Source: Antedon mediterranea (Eukaryota > Animalia > Echinodermata). From it: a stretch of 64,000 nt of DNA. The position numbers were made by a program, and so were the translations under genes. This document shows positions 52,701 through 64,000 of the stretch, piece after piece (the first letter of the stretch is position 1; every line of letters starts with the position of its first letter). The notes below the pieces were generated by a model, which was not told the DNA's origin, ran no database searches, and was given only the letters and a program-made list of their open reading frames with translations. Location of the stretch: NCBI RefSeq assembly GCF_964355755.1, contig NC_092678.1, positions 6,402,422 to 6,466,421 of the forward strand. Reading direction: 5' to 3'.

Positions 52701-55700
52701 AGGACACCGTCAGCAGAAACAAACAAGTGTTTCCTTAATATGGTTAGTCGTAGTTTTCAGTAGAACCTGATTTTACATTCCCTCGATTTTACGTACGCTA
52801 AAAATAACCGATGACGTCATCATTTTCTTACATTGAGGGCGCAATTTAACAACAACAAAGCACACAAAGCCACAAGCATGGCTGTGTGAGGAATTCTGCT
52901 GTGTGTGGGACAAGCTACGCACGTGCATTCCCCATAAAGCAGCGACTGTTTTTTTTTTATAGAAAACAATTATATTTTACACTTTATTTAAACATCGCAC
53001 AGCCTGTATATACTGTACTTTTCTAGTTAGGCCTCACATCTTGCTAGGCCAGCTACGATCTCTACGTATTTGGGGTCAATTTAAGGTCAACCTTGATTTT
53101 ACGAATCCTTTGTTTTACGTACGCCTTTCGGTCCCGTACCGTACGTAAAATGGAGGTTCTACTGTAGTCTGTTTGTTTCACAGGAAAGTGTCCTCTTAAT
53201 AGGATTGGTGTCCTATAAAGGAGAGAGTTGCGCTACCGTATCCGCATTAACAGTTTGATGCAATAAATAGAAATCTTTTCTCTGATAAATAGAGATATTT
53301 ATTACCATGATTGTAAAAGTTTGTTGGCTTATTTACTTCCTAAATTACATACTGTATATTTATTTTGCAAAAGTTACTTTATAGAAGTTGAGAACCAAGC
53401 ATGGTGATGTTACCTTTGACCTCAATGGAGCCGGTACTGGTGTTGGTTCCAAGGTCATTGGAAGCTACACAACGATACCTGCCACCATCACCAGAATGCA
53501 CATCCATAATCATCAGGTCACCAGAGTTATCATCCACAAAGAATTTGTTATTTGTCCTAATATCGTCCCACTGATTTGTGGCGCCCTCTCGTTGCCAAAC
53601 AATCCTTGCCTTTGGTGCAGCCTCGGGCCGGCAGCTCAAAGTGGCGTTCTGTCCGAGAGCAGCTGGTTGTGCAACATTTACAGAAATGTAGAAAATCGGC
53701 GCAAAAGCTGTAATTAAATGAATAAAAAAGAATTTTCAATTCTCACTCTACTGGCCCACTGCGCTATTATATCTGTATATTTTTCTAGCCCACATGCGTG
53801 TGTTATAATACCATCATCTATGCAATGAAGAATGTGATTTTAAATAACTATAGAAAGAACAAATATATAAAATAAGTACTCACCCCTAACATTTAGTTGG
53901 GCAGTTGAAATAATCATTCCAAACTCATTGCTAGCCTCGCATTGAAACATGGCATCATCGTCTTCCTGAAGGTCACTGATGGTCAATGTCCTCTGACCAT
54001 TACTGACCAGGTACTTTGCACTACTTTGAACTTCCACACCATTCCGATACCAACTGTATACGATGGGTTCTGTCGATTCTGCTACACACGTCCAAATCAC
54101 CTCTCCACCAATATCGCCATTCTTGTCTTCAATTTCGTCAACCCACTGTGGCTTAGCTATATGGCAAAATAATATTTAGCATTAGATTTTATGATGAGGA
54201 ATAGAATTTGTTGGTGACACAAATAATCCTTTAAGAGAAGATGTAGATGGGAAAACAAGTCATTAATGTCAGGTCTTTTAAGGCGTTGGAAGCGTGATCA
54301 CTCATATAACACTCCTAAAATGGCCTTGAGGTGTGCGATTTAAATCACACTTAAATTTGGTGGGTAACTTCTTTTAGACGGTCTTTCTGATAAAGCCAGC
54401 TTTAGCTTCAGAACACCAGTAAAGAAACTTACATCTGACAATAACTGTGCCTTCATTACTGATGCCACTCTGCACTGAGTTAGAGGCACTACATCGATAT
54501 GTTCCTGCATCTTCTATAGCAATATTTGGGATAACAAGCTCCTGGCTGTAATCTGTCTGGAAGGATCCACTAGGCAGACTCTCTCCATCAGTCCTTGTCC
54601 ATGACAGTGATGGAGTGGGCCTAAAAACAAACATGTTTGAGGGGGTTAGTGCTAAAATATATATTTTCCCTCTGTCTTATGGGAAAATGTCCCCTGAATG
54701 GGGGTTGGTTTTAGTGTTAAAACATATATTTCCCTCTGTTTCACAGTCAAATATCCCCTTCTAGGGGTTGGTTGTGGTATTAAAACAACAAATGTCCCCT
54801 TTTTTAAGAATGTCACCTAAATAAGGTTAGGGGAGGGGATCTACTGTGTACAGTATATGCAGTTCTTTTTGTTTTTGAAGTTGTACTAACCTGCCACTGA
54901 AGAAACACTGTAAGGTCACAGTATCCCCTTCCAATACATTCTGGGTACCAATAATTTGTTCCACTTGTGGGGCGTAATTTTGGTCCCTAGATGCTGATGG
55001 TAAAAAAAAGAAAAAAATAATTAGTTTGTAATTATTTACTACAATAGGAAAAATACAAGGGCTCTCTACTGGCCATTATGGTGTATCAGCATATTGATGC
55101 TACTCCCATCCCACTCTCTCTCAACATTGTCAAAGTACAGTATTATATCATTACTGCTAATTTGCTGTAGAATTAATACTTTATTGTGTATTTATTCTAG
55201 GCCCTTACCTGAAACTTGAAGTGGCCTTTTAGGCCCACCATACTTGTTTGATGCCCCACTAGGATTATTGTATGAATTGCGAATCTCGCAAACGTAATCT
55301 CCTGTATCACCATTAGCCCCTGTGAATGTGTTGGCAAAGTAAAGATATCCATCTTTACCCACACGGATGCGACGATCTCCTGATATATACTGGCCATTTT
55401 TCATCCAGCTATATTCAAGACCTGTACACAAAATTTCATTCACAATTATAGATAGAGTTGTGAAGTTGGACTTATGGACAGACTATTATCACTGAGGAGG
55501 AATGCTCTTCCTTGGATGCCAGTCTAATAAAACTTTTGTCTAAAAAAGGCAATTTAAATATCAGTGGTTAGAATATTTATTTTACACTAAGGATAACCCA
55601 GGAAGTCCTTAGATTTGTTCTTTAAAATGAACATAAGCCACGTTGTACACAGGACCAACAGCTTAACGTCTCATCCGAATGATGGTGCGCTATCTACATT

Positions 55701-58700
55701 TATTCTAACCTGCTAGTTAGAACACACAGAAATCTATGGTCTTTCATGGTTCAACGCACACTAGTTTAGCCACTGCATTTAAATGCCACGCTTCTTCTTC
55801 ATTTAACATTACAAAAACATCATAAATGATTATCTTTACCAGGATAATTATCGGGAGCATCACAATTTAATGATGTGCTTAAAAATTCATTTACTGTTAC
55901 TGTTGGTTGGTCATTCAGACTTGGAAAAAGGTCCACAACTATTTGATAGAAAAGAACAGAAAGCATTTATATTTAATCATCGTTATTACTGTAGTATATT
56001 TATATACTGATATGATATACGTTTCAGAACACTGTATACAGATTACAGCTAATGCTGCACGTAATTGCGTCCAGTCTAGTGTGAAAAGCTCATCGACAAG
56101 TAATTGATATCGCAATTTTCACTTATTACGATTGTGTAATAGAATTAAATGTCTCTATATCACTCCTACTATGGAGGAAATATATAGGTGATGCTATATA
56201 ATTCTCCATGCTCCTACCACGGACCTATAGGTCCATGCTCCTACGGAATTATATCGCAACATTTCACAGTCACTGATTGGTTTATTTAGTTTAAATGAAC
56301 CAATTAGTATACTTGTTTATAAGGTCGTCATTTTGTCAACAAACAGAAAACATTTTGGTCATATACTTTACAGTAGGAAGACAGAACATTTTATTTAGTA
56401 GGCTAGTCTATTTTTTGCTGAATAGTCTAATTCTATAAAAAAAATGCCCCTTTGAAGGCCTATAAGTTCATAAACATATGCAATGATTTGTAAGCCTACT
56501 TACATGTAAACGTTAGTTCCGCAGGCCTACTGAACACTGTGCCAACCTCATTAGACACCCAACACTGGTACATCCCTGCATCTCTCGTTCTCTCCGCATT
56601 GGTAATGCGCAGTTGGCCACCACTTATGGAGATATCTGAGTTACTGTCTGTAATAACGTCACCGTTGAAACGCCACTCGTATACTAATTCTCCATCCCCT
56701 TCAGCGGTACATCCAAAGTTGGCCGTGTTCATACCAATGTCCGCATCAACAATTTGATCTCTGGGCTCAATTATAATCTTTGGTCCTTTCATCTCATCCA
56801 TTTCTTAAAAAGACAACAAATTATTTATCAATTTTATTTTTGGTTGCAAGGATATAGAATTTGTTAATTTAATCCACTGAATTTAAAATAACTTACATTC
56901 ATACAGTATACAACTGTAGTTTTTACTTACTAGTTTTTAGGGATAGATATGTGGTTACGGAAGATGCCATTCCATTTTGGAGGCAATCTGGACCACTTTT
57001 TATTTTAATAATTTTAGGCCATATGTCAAAACTTGCTCTTGTTATTACCATTATTTTCATTTTATTTTTGGTTAGGACAACATACTGTACAGATTATTAT
57101 CCCTTATGACAATAAAATACACTGTAATATCATTCTTGTTTAGTGCTTAAATTCCATTAAAATATTGCTGCTAAATTACACCTGTTAAGTGTTATAATAG
57201 CTGTATAGTATTAACATTGCCGTTTGAATATTTAAAAGTGAATTTCATTTGATAAAACTGCTAGAACTTTTCACAATAGCTTGTCCGTTAGGTCATCAGC
57301 TAGTGTTCTATTGTATTCAGAGCTGAGACACTATAAATGTGCAATTTTCATTGTTCAGTTTTTATGCATCAATAATTCCCTATACCTAGTCACCTTTGTG
57401 AGCAGTACAATGGAAAGCCTACTGTAGGCTTGTTGTACACTATTGACAAGATCACACCATACAGTTTTGTCTGCCCTAGTTGATTTATTTAAACATGTAT
57501 AAACTGATGAAATGTGGCCTACTAATTTTTTTTAGAATCAAAACAACATTTAAATGATATTTTCCAAAATGTATGATTGTATATGATGGTAAAACAATGT
57601 TGTTATTATACCGCCATGGTATCAGCAGATTATACAACCAGTACCAGCGTAAAATAATATATATATAATTTATTTATATTATTAAGATGAAAATTTATGG
57701 GGAAAATAATTGAAACAACAGCTAAATAAATGTTAGAGTAGGCTGAAGTGAATGGCTGACCAATGTTTGGCCAACTAAAATGGTCAATGGAAAACAGGGA
57801 CATCATCACCTTTCCTATAGTATAAGCCCACCTGGGGGTTAAAACTGCCGTCAAATTTGTAGGTAATAGTCGTTTTCATGCAGCAGTTTCATCTTCCAAA
57901 GTAAGCTCATTTTTAAGTTATTCAGTAACAAATAAAAAAAATATATTAATTTGGTAACTTTACTGTAACTGTAGTTATTAAAAATCTAGTAAAAATACAT
58001 CCAATTAAAAAGATTAAAACCTTCTAAACAAAATCACTGTACTACAGACATTCAAAATTACATTCTGTACTTATGAATAATCGATAGACGCCGTGAAATC
58101 AATGATATAGCACACTATCACAACATCAAGCAGCGTATCACGCTTGGGAAATGAAATCACACACGATGGAATCGACAACACATATTGCATTATCATGCAA
58201 AAACCAATTTCCAATGTAACATCTTAATCTCAATAATTCGGATTACGGTATGTTGTGCCTAGCATACCCGGATAAACCGGCAATAGCCTGAGCTCTGCCA
58301 AGGGAGAGCCACGAACAAAAACATACGTTACTTGAACATCCCTCTGGAATCAATCAATGTGCTTATAATATTTCCATTTTTCAAAAAAAAAAAATATTAA
58401 TACCTTTTACTTTCAAAACATGATTAGATATCAAATAATTATGATAAAAGTTAATATTCACATAATAAATTACATTTCTCAAATAAATAATATACAGTAG
58501 TGGTATACAAATGAATTATTTCAATGTGGGACAGTGGGAAAAGGCACTCATCATAGACTACCATTTTTAAAGAACAATTTGCGATATAATTTTATTAAAT
58601 TATCTACCAGCCAGTACCATAAAACATTTTACTGTTGTTTCTGTTGTATAGTTTTAAGAGATAATCAATAAAATGAATTGCAAAAATGTAATCTTAATTT

Positions 58701-60512
58701 TAAAATGTAATAAATCTTCATCAAACCAATAATAAATAAATAAATAAATAATAATAAATTTATTGTTTGTATCTTCTTCTGCTCAAAATTTATTATCAAA
58801 CCGTTTTTTTATCTAAAACTGTATATTATGCGACTACTGTATACTTAACATTTTAAAAGTCATTCAAATCCTAAATGTTATTAAATCATATCATATTTTT
58901 ATATATCGCAGAAATATAAATAAATTCATATTCTTTTAAATTCTAAAATAATATTTCCTAAGTAAAAATTTGATGAGGATTTGCATATTTTTATCAACCA
59001 TTATCAATACATTAATATTTAAATTTTATAGTAACAGATACAATATTTGTGTGTGAGCTGTATGAATTAAAATCAAATTATTATTTAAATATTTGTTTAA
59101 TTTATTACTTTCTTTATCTTTATTCACAAATTTTTTGAATTAAATAACTCATTCTATTTTCCATTTTTAATTTCAATACAGTATTTGGAAAAAAATTAAT
59201 TGAATCTTTCTAAAATTTGATTACAGCATGGAGTAATTAATAATAAATACTCCACTATTGACTATAGTATTACTCCATAATACAGGTGTTTTTTTATGCA
59301 AATTAGCTAGGAAAGTATGTTTAATTAATATGTAGCCTGGATAGCAAAGTCAAAGTACTCCAAGGAATGCTATGGGAAAGGCTATTATTCAGGCTATGAT
59401 GTAATCCACTTGTATTATTATGCTAATGAGTTAAGCTACAACTACATGTTAGTTCACCTACACAGAGCACAAGGGAGGTTGGAGGCATGCATGAGGCCAT
59501 TGACTGTGACAAGCTAATTAGGCCCATGTGTAATATACTACAAACACTGTGGAACTATACAACAGCTAATAATAACCATATTTATTCAAGGAAACCAATC
59601 TAATGTAAAGTAAAGCTTAATACTATAGTAGATTCATATTAACAAAATCAGGCAAACTGCTGAAAGGTAATAGTTTATTGAATGAATTCACATTTTGTTG
59701 TACTGCAGGCTGTCTTAGGCAATACATTGTATAGGAAAAGTGGCTTGTTTTCTGTACTGCACACTAATTTGGACTATGGTATAACTAAATTATAGTCCCA
59801 ATTAATACAAACAAGTTTATTCTCCAATTAAAGACATTTTTTGCCCAGTGTTTTTCTACCTAAACTTCTAGTTTGAGACTATAAATTATAGGCCTAATAC
59901 CTCCAATTAAAGACCATTTTGGCCCAGTGTTTTTCTACCTCTTGGACTATACATTGTTTAGGGGAAAATAGATTTTTGTACTAAACTTCTAACTTGAGAC
60001 TATAAATTATAGGCCTAATACCTCCAATTAAAGACCATTGTTACTAAGCTGATTTATTATAGACTTCTTCTACAGTACCTATCCATTTTAGACAGGCATG
60101 TTTTGATTTACCATTACCTTTAATTAAAGACCAACTAGTGTTATTCAGCACTGACCACAGTCAGTAATTAAGAAATTTAATTAGATACCCTTGTCTCACA
60201 GAACATGAGGACCTAACATTTTTGCAAAAAATGTTTTTATAGTTAGGAAAAAAGTTTAATCATTTTGCTGTGGGGCTTAATATTTAGTTTCCTATGACCA
60301 ATCCTGGCTACAGCCCTGGATATTGTATCCACAAAATGTGAATGTTATATATTAGTGTATATGCTTGGAGAATACATTTATTTGATTGTAAATTGTTTGT
60401 AACAGTGTAAAACCAATATATTATTAATTATTCAAATGTTGCAACAATAAATACAGTACTTACGAGCTGAAGCCACAGCAAACAAAAACAAAGAGATTAT
60501 TGTTGTCTTCAT
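46631..60512 (-). CDS. CNTN: Contactin (GPI-anchored, 6 Ig + 4 FN3), 19 coding exons, about 1055 aa
   Basis: Exons on the minus strand: 60464-60512, 56504-56803, 55840-55938, 55209-55421, 54891-54993, 54433-54620, 53884-54156, 53414-53707, 52383-52579, 51929-52052, 51294-51458, 50780-50932, 49608-49678, 48878-49109, 48416-48531, 48060-48246, 47588-47706, 46944-47124, 46631-46734 (3168 nt). Contactin hallmarks: CRPEAAPK, GPPGAP, LSPWSVYMFRVLAVN, NLGGGGG..LRITW, hydrophobic C-terminus with no cytoplasmic tail. Confidence 0.95.
46944..47124 (-). CDS. CNTN: Contactin exon, FN3-4 second half
   Basis: VCYW...YLIKVKGYSKGGIG. Confidence 0.93.
47588..47706 (-). CDS. CNTN: Contactin exon, FN3-4 first half
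   Basis: APQTAPDNV...INW...NEEQLQGYR. Confidence 0.92.
48060..48246 (-). CDS. CNTN: Contactin exon, FN3-3 second half
   Basis: IAYW...LEAYTQYQFRVYAYTAGGKGP. Confidence 0.93.
48416..48531 (-). CDS. CNTN: Contactin exon, FN3-3 first half
   Basis: APSTAP...SAMTIRVSW...GQFKGYK. Confidence 0.92.
48712..48838. repeat. 21-bp minisatellite x about 6 (TATTGTAAATATACCACCCTC)
   Basis: Direct inspection; lies about 40 bp from a contactin donor site. Confidence 0.85.
48878..49109 (-). CDS. CNTN: Contactin exon, FN3-2
   Basis: WNAPSIYYKVYW...VQIQAVNDPGPGP...FSYEE. Confidence 0.94.
49608..49678 (-). CDS. CNTN: Contactin exon, FN3-2 start
   Basis: VPTKAPSNLGGGGGREGQLRITWQ. Confidence 0.94.
50094..50719. 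mobile_element. Non-autonomous Kolobok-like DNA transposon
   Basis: TTAA-AGCCCCATTCCCT...AGGGAAGGGGTCT-TTAA: TTAA duplication, AG...CT termini, short imperfect TIRs. Confidence 0.65.
50780..50932 (-). CDS. CNTN: Contactin exon, FN3-1 second half
   Basis: NLSPWSVYMFRVLAVNRFGAGEPS. Confidence 0.94.
51294..51458 (-). CDS. CNTN: Contactin exon, FN3-1 first half
   Basis: GPPGAP...LIWSSG..GGSPITSY. Confidence 0.94.
51929..52052 (-). CDS. CNTN: Contactin exon, Ig6 second half
   Basis: GNLVIKD...GEYTCVV...SASAIITVQG. Confidence 0.92.
52383..52579 (-). CDS. CNTN: Contactin exon, Ig6 first half
   Basis: IKCEARVDDLLELAYTWLFNG. Confidence 0.92.
52758..53164. mobile_element. pogo/Tigger-like MITE nested in a family B MITE
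   Basis: CAGTAGAACCTGATTTTAC...GTAAAATGGAGGTTCTACTG-TA; family B sequence on both sides (52682-52750 and 53167-53220). Confidence 0.7.
53414..53707 (-). CDS. CNTN: Contactin exon, Ig5
   Basis: AFAPIF...SCRPEAAPK...DGGRYRCVASNDLG. Confidence 0.95.
53884..54156 (-). CDS. CNTN: Contactin exon, Ig4
   Basis: KPQWV...WTC...YSWYRNG...MFQCEASNEFG. Confidence 0.95.
54433..54620 (-). CDS. CNTN: Contactin exon, Ig3 second half
   Basis: RPTPSLSW...EDAGTYRCSASN. Confidence 0.94.
54891..54993 (-). CDS. CNTN: Contactin exon, Ig3 first half
   Basis: YAPQVE...GDTVTLQCFFSG, phase-2 donor. Confidence 0.92.
55209..55421 (-). CDS. CNTN: Contactin exon, Ig2 second half
   Basis: LEYSW...DGYLYFAN...DTGDYVC. Confidence 0.93.
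55595..55690 (-). mobile_element. DeuSINE core fragment
   Basis: Minus strand TTCGGATGAGACGTTAA...GGTCCTG...TTAAAGAAC. Confidence 0.65.
55840..55938 (-). CDS. CNTN: Contactin exon, Ig2 first half
   Basis: FVDLFP...SLNCDAPDNYP. Confidence 0.9.
56504..56803 (-). CDS. CNTN: Contactin exon, Ig1
   Basis: GPKIIIEP...GGQLRI...DAGMYQCWVSNEVGTVFSRPA. Confidence 0.95.
59820..60040. repeat. Local tandem duplications in a contactin intron
   Basis: CTCCAATTAAAGAC x3 and TGAGACTATAAATTATAGGCCTAATACCTCC x2. Confidence 0.75.
60464..60512 (-). CDS. CNTN: Contactin exon: start and signal peptide MKTTIISLFLFAVASA
   Basis: Acceptor tttccag above 60523, donor C|gtaagt phase 1. Confidence 0.85.
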
Positions 60513-61008
60513 TCTGACAGTATCTGGAAAAAATTAATTTATTAATTGTATAAATTACAGACCATGGCCCATGCAAAATAAGATGGCATTTATTTAAGTT
60601 TAGGCCACTAAATCTAGGCCTAGCTAGGCTAACTAAGAAGTAGGTCTAGCCTAGTAGAGCTATGATATCTAGCCTAGGCCCTGCCTTTAGGCTATGCTAT
60701 GTAGTAGGCTAAGACTATACTTAACTAGGCCTAGCTCGGCAGGCCTATGCCTGGCCCTAGCCCCTAGGCAGGCATAATTAATAATAATATCTAAAAACAC
60801 AATGGGCCAGCCAGGGCCTTAGCTAGGCCTAGCCTAAGGCTAGTAGTTTTTAAGTAAGTACCTACATAATCCTACAGTACTCGTTGTAGGATAGATTATA
60901 GGGAGATAGGGAAACCATTTCTCTAGCCTAGCTAACTCGTCTAATAATTACACACACAAGGCGAAAAAAACCCCATAATAGCGACTATTAATAACAAAGC
61001 TTACATAC

Positions 61009-61200
61009 CTAAATACACACTAATACACCTATGAATGTTTAAAAAACCGACAGGAAAATATATAAATATAAATTTTATTCGGAAAAAGTGCAACAAAACA
61101 GACGCATCTTGTTACTTCCTCTTTTGTCTCGCATGATTGCGTTCTCTGTTTGGTACCAAAATTTAAATGAATATAGAGGGCGAACTACAATTTATTCCTA
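61009..61200 (-). promoter_or_regulatory. Candidate non-coding first exon and promoter of contactin
   Basis: Minus-strand donor TAG|gtatgt below 61009, ETS-like ACTTCC near 61114, ACTACAA near 61184, CTAG/AGGCCT-rich tract just downstream (60600-60935). Confidence 0.45.
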
Positions 61201-64000
61201 TGTCATATCATAATTATTATTTTCATTAATAAAATATTTACGAGTCTAGGCTATTATTTATTAATACAGACAGTATTTGAATCAAACAGAGAATAATTTC
61301 CCCTTGAAAAATATCACCCAAATGTTGATAATTGTATAAAAATCATATTATTAAGGATATAAAAAACAAACTCCTAAAAATGCTAGCAAAGTCGTATCTT
61401 TATATTTCAAAACTTTATTTGTTTGTTCAAATATGCATATCAAACTTATTAAATATTAGTGGACTCTCTGATCTCTCAATAAGGTTAATGATATTTCTTG
61501 GTACGTTCTAACAGGATCTTCTAAGAGCAATGAATTAGTCGACTGTTGCAACTTGTAGTTAAAAACATATTAAAAAATGTGTATTTTTACAAGCGTCTTG
61601 TGTCATGTAAGAGGTAACACTAAATTATTTTCAACATCTTCATAAAGTATCATGACTATTTACTTGTAGAGTAAAATTAATTTATTAATTTATTTACTTT
61701 CATAATTATTGGAAAAAGATAATCCCACACCCATCAAGAATGATTACCTAGAGAGGATTTTCGGATAATTTTTCGACATTCTAATTTTCGTTTTCTGGTA
61801 TTGAGTTTTCAATTTCTAGTTTGTTCATCGATATTATTTTTATTTTACCTCCACTTTTGACGGCCACCACGATGTTTCTCGTGTATTTTGTGATCACTTT
61901 TACTGCAGTGTACAGTAATATAATAAATGTCAACAAAAGTATAGAGACACTTAACAGTAGTATATTCCTACCAGTCATACGACTTTATTTATGCATTTCA
62001 ATTACTAAAATATTAAAATTATCTTACCAAAAAGTTTTATCCTGGTTTCTAATTATAGATTAAAACCCCGCCCACTCGAAATGCTATTAATAATAAATTT
62101 ATATAAAAGATCTTATTTCTACTGTACATATTATGATCATAGAGATATTATTATTATGATATGATTTATAATTTTAAGTGCGCCGCGGCGCCGATACGAT
62201 GGATATAAAACAAATCTGCTGCCGCCCCCTATGTCATACCAATACCATTTGTGTTTGTCAGCAGTGTAGAATTCTATTCATTATTATATTAGACGAGAAC
62301 TATTATTATTTATTAGTTGAACACTTTCATACTTTCATTTTAAATATTTGCTGTATTTTAAAATTTAAATTTTTTAAAAATGTTTGTGACGTAAATAATT
62401 TCACTTCAAAAATGGAATAATCCCAAGCGTAAAATCGCAAGAGGGCGTACAATAAAAGTATTTCTTCTCTATGGCATATTGGTATAAACTTCCACAAAAT
62501 GTCACCACAACACATTCACATTATACATAAGATATAAATGTAAAACCATTGTAACATAAGTAGAAAACATAATCACATACGGTAATGTATATAGACGAGG
62601 AAAGCATGCGGTACTGTATGATTTTTCTAGTAAACCCAACATAGGTAAATTTAAAAATACAGTAAAATAGCACATGACACATACGCCTAATCTAGCCCTA
62701 TGGTTAATAGAATACGTTTTATTTATGACAATTCGGAGACAAGTCTCCCGGAGAAGCCACATAGCCACATAGCCGTTAAGGCTAGTGGCTAATTAAGCGG
62801 CCTCCCTCTTAAACTACGGTATCTTTAAAATTATAGAGAAAAACAGTTAAATAAATAAAGATTCACTAAGTGTGCTTAAACAATTCGAAAATTGATTTTA
62901 AAAGATAAAAATTGGTTTACGTATAATGCGCTAGATGTGATATATGTGTAGGCCTACTCTATTCCTAATTTGCTATGATGAAAAAATGATCATAATTATG
63001 TTGAGATATATGAGTAAGCTATATTGGGTTCTATGGTAGCCAAATTAATACAAATATCTACGTTTAAACGCTTGGACACAAATTATTAGTAGTTAGTGTT
63101 TCTTTGTGATGTCACACTAATATTCAAACAACTTCAAATGGTGTAATTTGGTACATTATAATCCCATATGACAAGATAATCGCATTTTGTTTATTTTACC
63201 GTCTTCTTATTAAATCCCGAATTCATCCTTCTCCCGAGATAACATGCGAATGTTTATTCGTGTCAATTCAGTTTATTTTGCTTTCACGGCTAGCTGTGTT
63301 ATTAATACTGCGGGGTGATCCACGGTGTCTTTGACAAAGCATGCCGAACAATGTGCAATCCAATAGGCATTTAATTTGCGTGCGCTATGCGTATAGGAGT
63401 TATATAATAAGAATAGGGAAAGTAAAACACTATTTGGCAAATTCTAATCCACCGTACTATAAATTTGGCAGAAACCAACCAATAATTAAAAAAAACGGAT
63501 GATCTTTGGTCTATTAAAGGCTTTAAACTTTTTCTAATTCTTTTTAGTAAATATTTCCAAATTTCAATGCAGGAAAAATGAAACAAGTTCTTAAGCTCTT
63601 AGTTAGCCAGTTACATTCGCACGCTAAATTACAAGTGGTATGGAATGGTGTCCTAAAAATTTCCTCGAAAATAACTAAATACTCATGTAAGTAAATAATA
63701 AGGGAGGACGGTGGCCTACATGAAATTCCATTCCCCCTGGAATCGCGGTTAAATCTCCAAATGAAGTCTATCATCCATTGCCGCGCCTTGGTAAATTCCT
63801 GGCGCCAATTCTAATTTTTATTTAATAATTACATAATCAAATATTTACCATACAACCCCGTTTATTCAAAGTTACCGACCGATGATATTTGACGACACCA
63901 TCTTTGTCGGTGAAAAGAAATGTCAAAACGTCATGATGTAGCTGGCGAGAATTATCAAAGGTATTGCAGTTAATGAAGCGGCATAACCCTTTGATGTGCG

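Noticed and set aside
60144-60160. REST/NRSE-like TTCAGCAC...ACAG in a contactin intron
   Set aside because: The GGAC half-site core is missing, so the match is too weak

Overview
AT-rich, intron-rich animal DNA. Deu-domain SINEs and gene structure suggest an invertebrate deuterostome, possibly an echinoderm (inference). Two multi-exon Ig-superfamily adhesion genes face each other tail to tail. On the + strand (CDS 14312-39112) is an L1CAM/neuroglian-family gene: signal peptide, 6 Ig, 5 FN3, TM, and a cytoplasmic tail with KGGKY, DDSLADY, a variant ankyrin motif FINEY and C-terminal NTFV. On the - strand (CDS 60512-46631) is a contactin: signal peptide, 6 Ig, 4 FN3, GPI signal. I traced both exon by exon with GT-AG sites and consistent phases (about 1245 aa and 1055 aa). 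The L1-type gene has three candidate short cassette exons. One is a 20-nt exon at the position of the vertebrate RSLE microexon that would replace the ankyrin-binding tail with a syndecan/neurexin-like ...PTESEFYV-stop PDZ ligand. Between the genes are an E-box/POU/X-box cluster and an orphan promoter-like region ending in ATG|GTAAG. Introns and flanks hold many MITEs (Harbinger-, Tc1/pogo- and Kolobok-like), DeuSINEs, LINE 3' ends and several minisatellites. No rRNA, tRNA gene or CRISPR array was seen.
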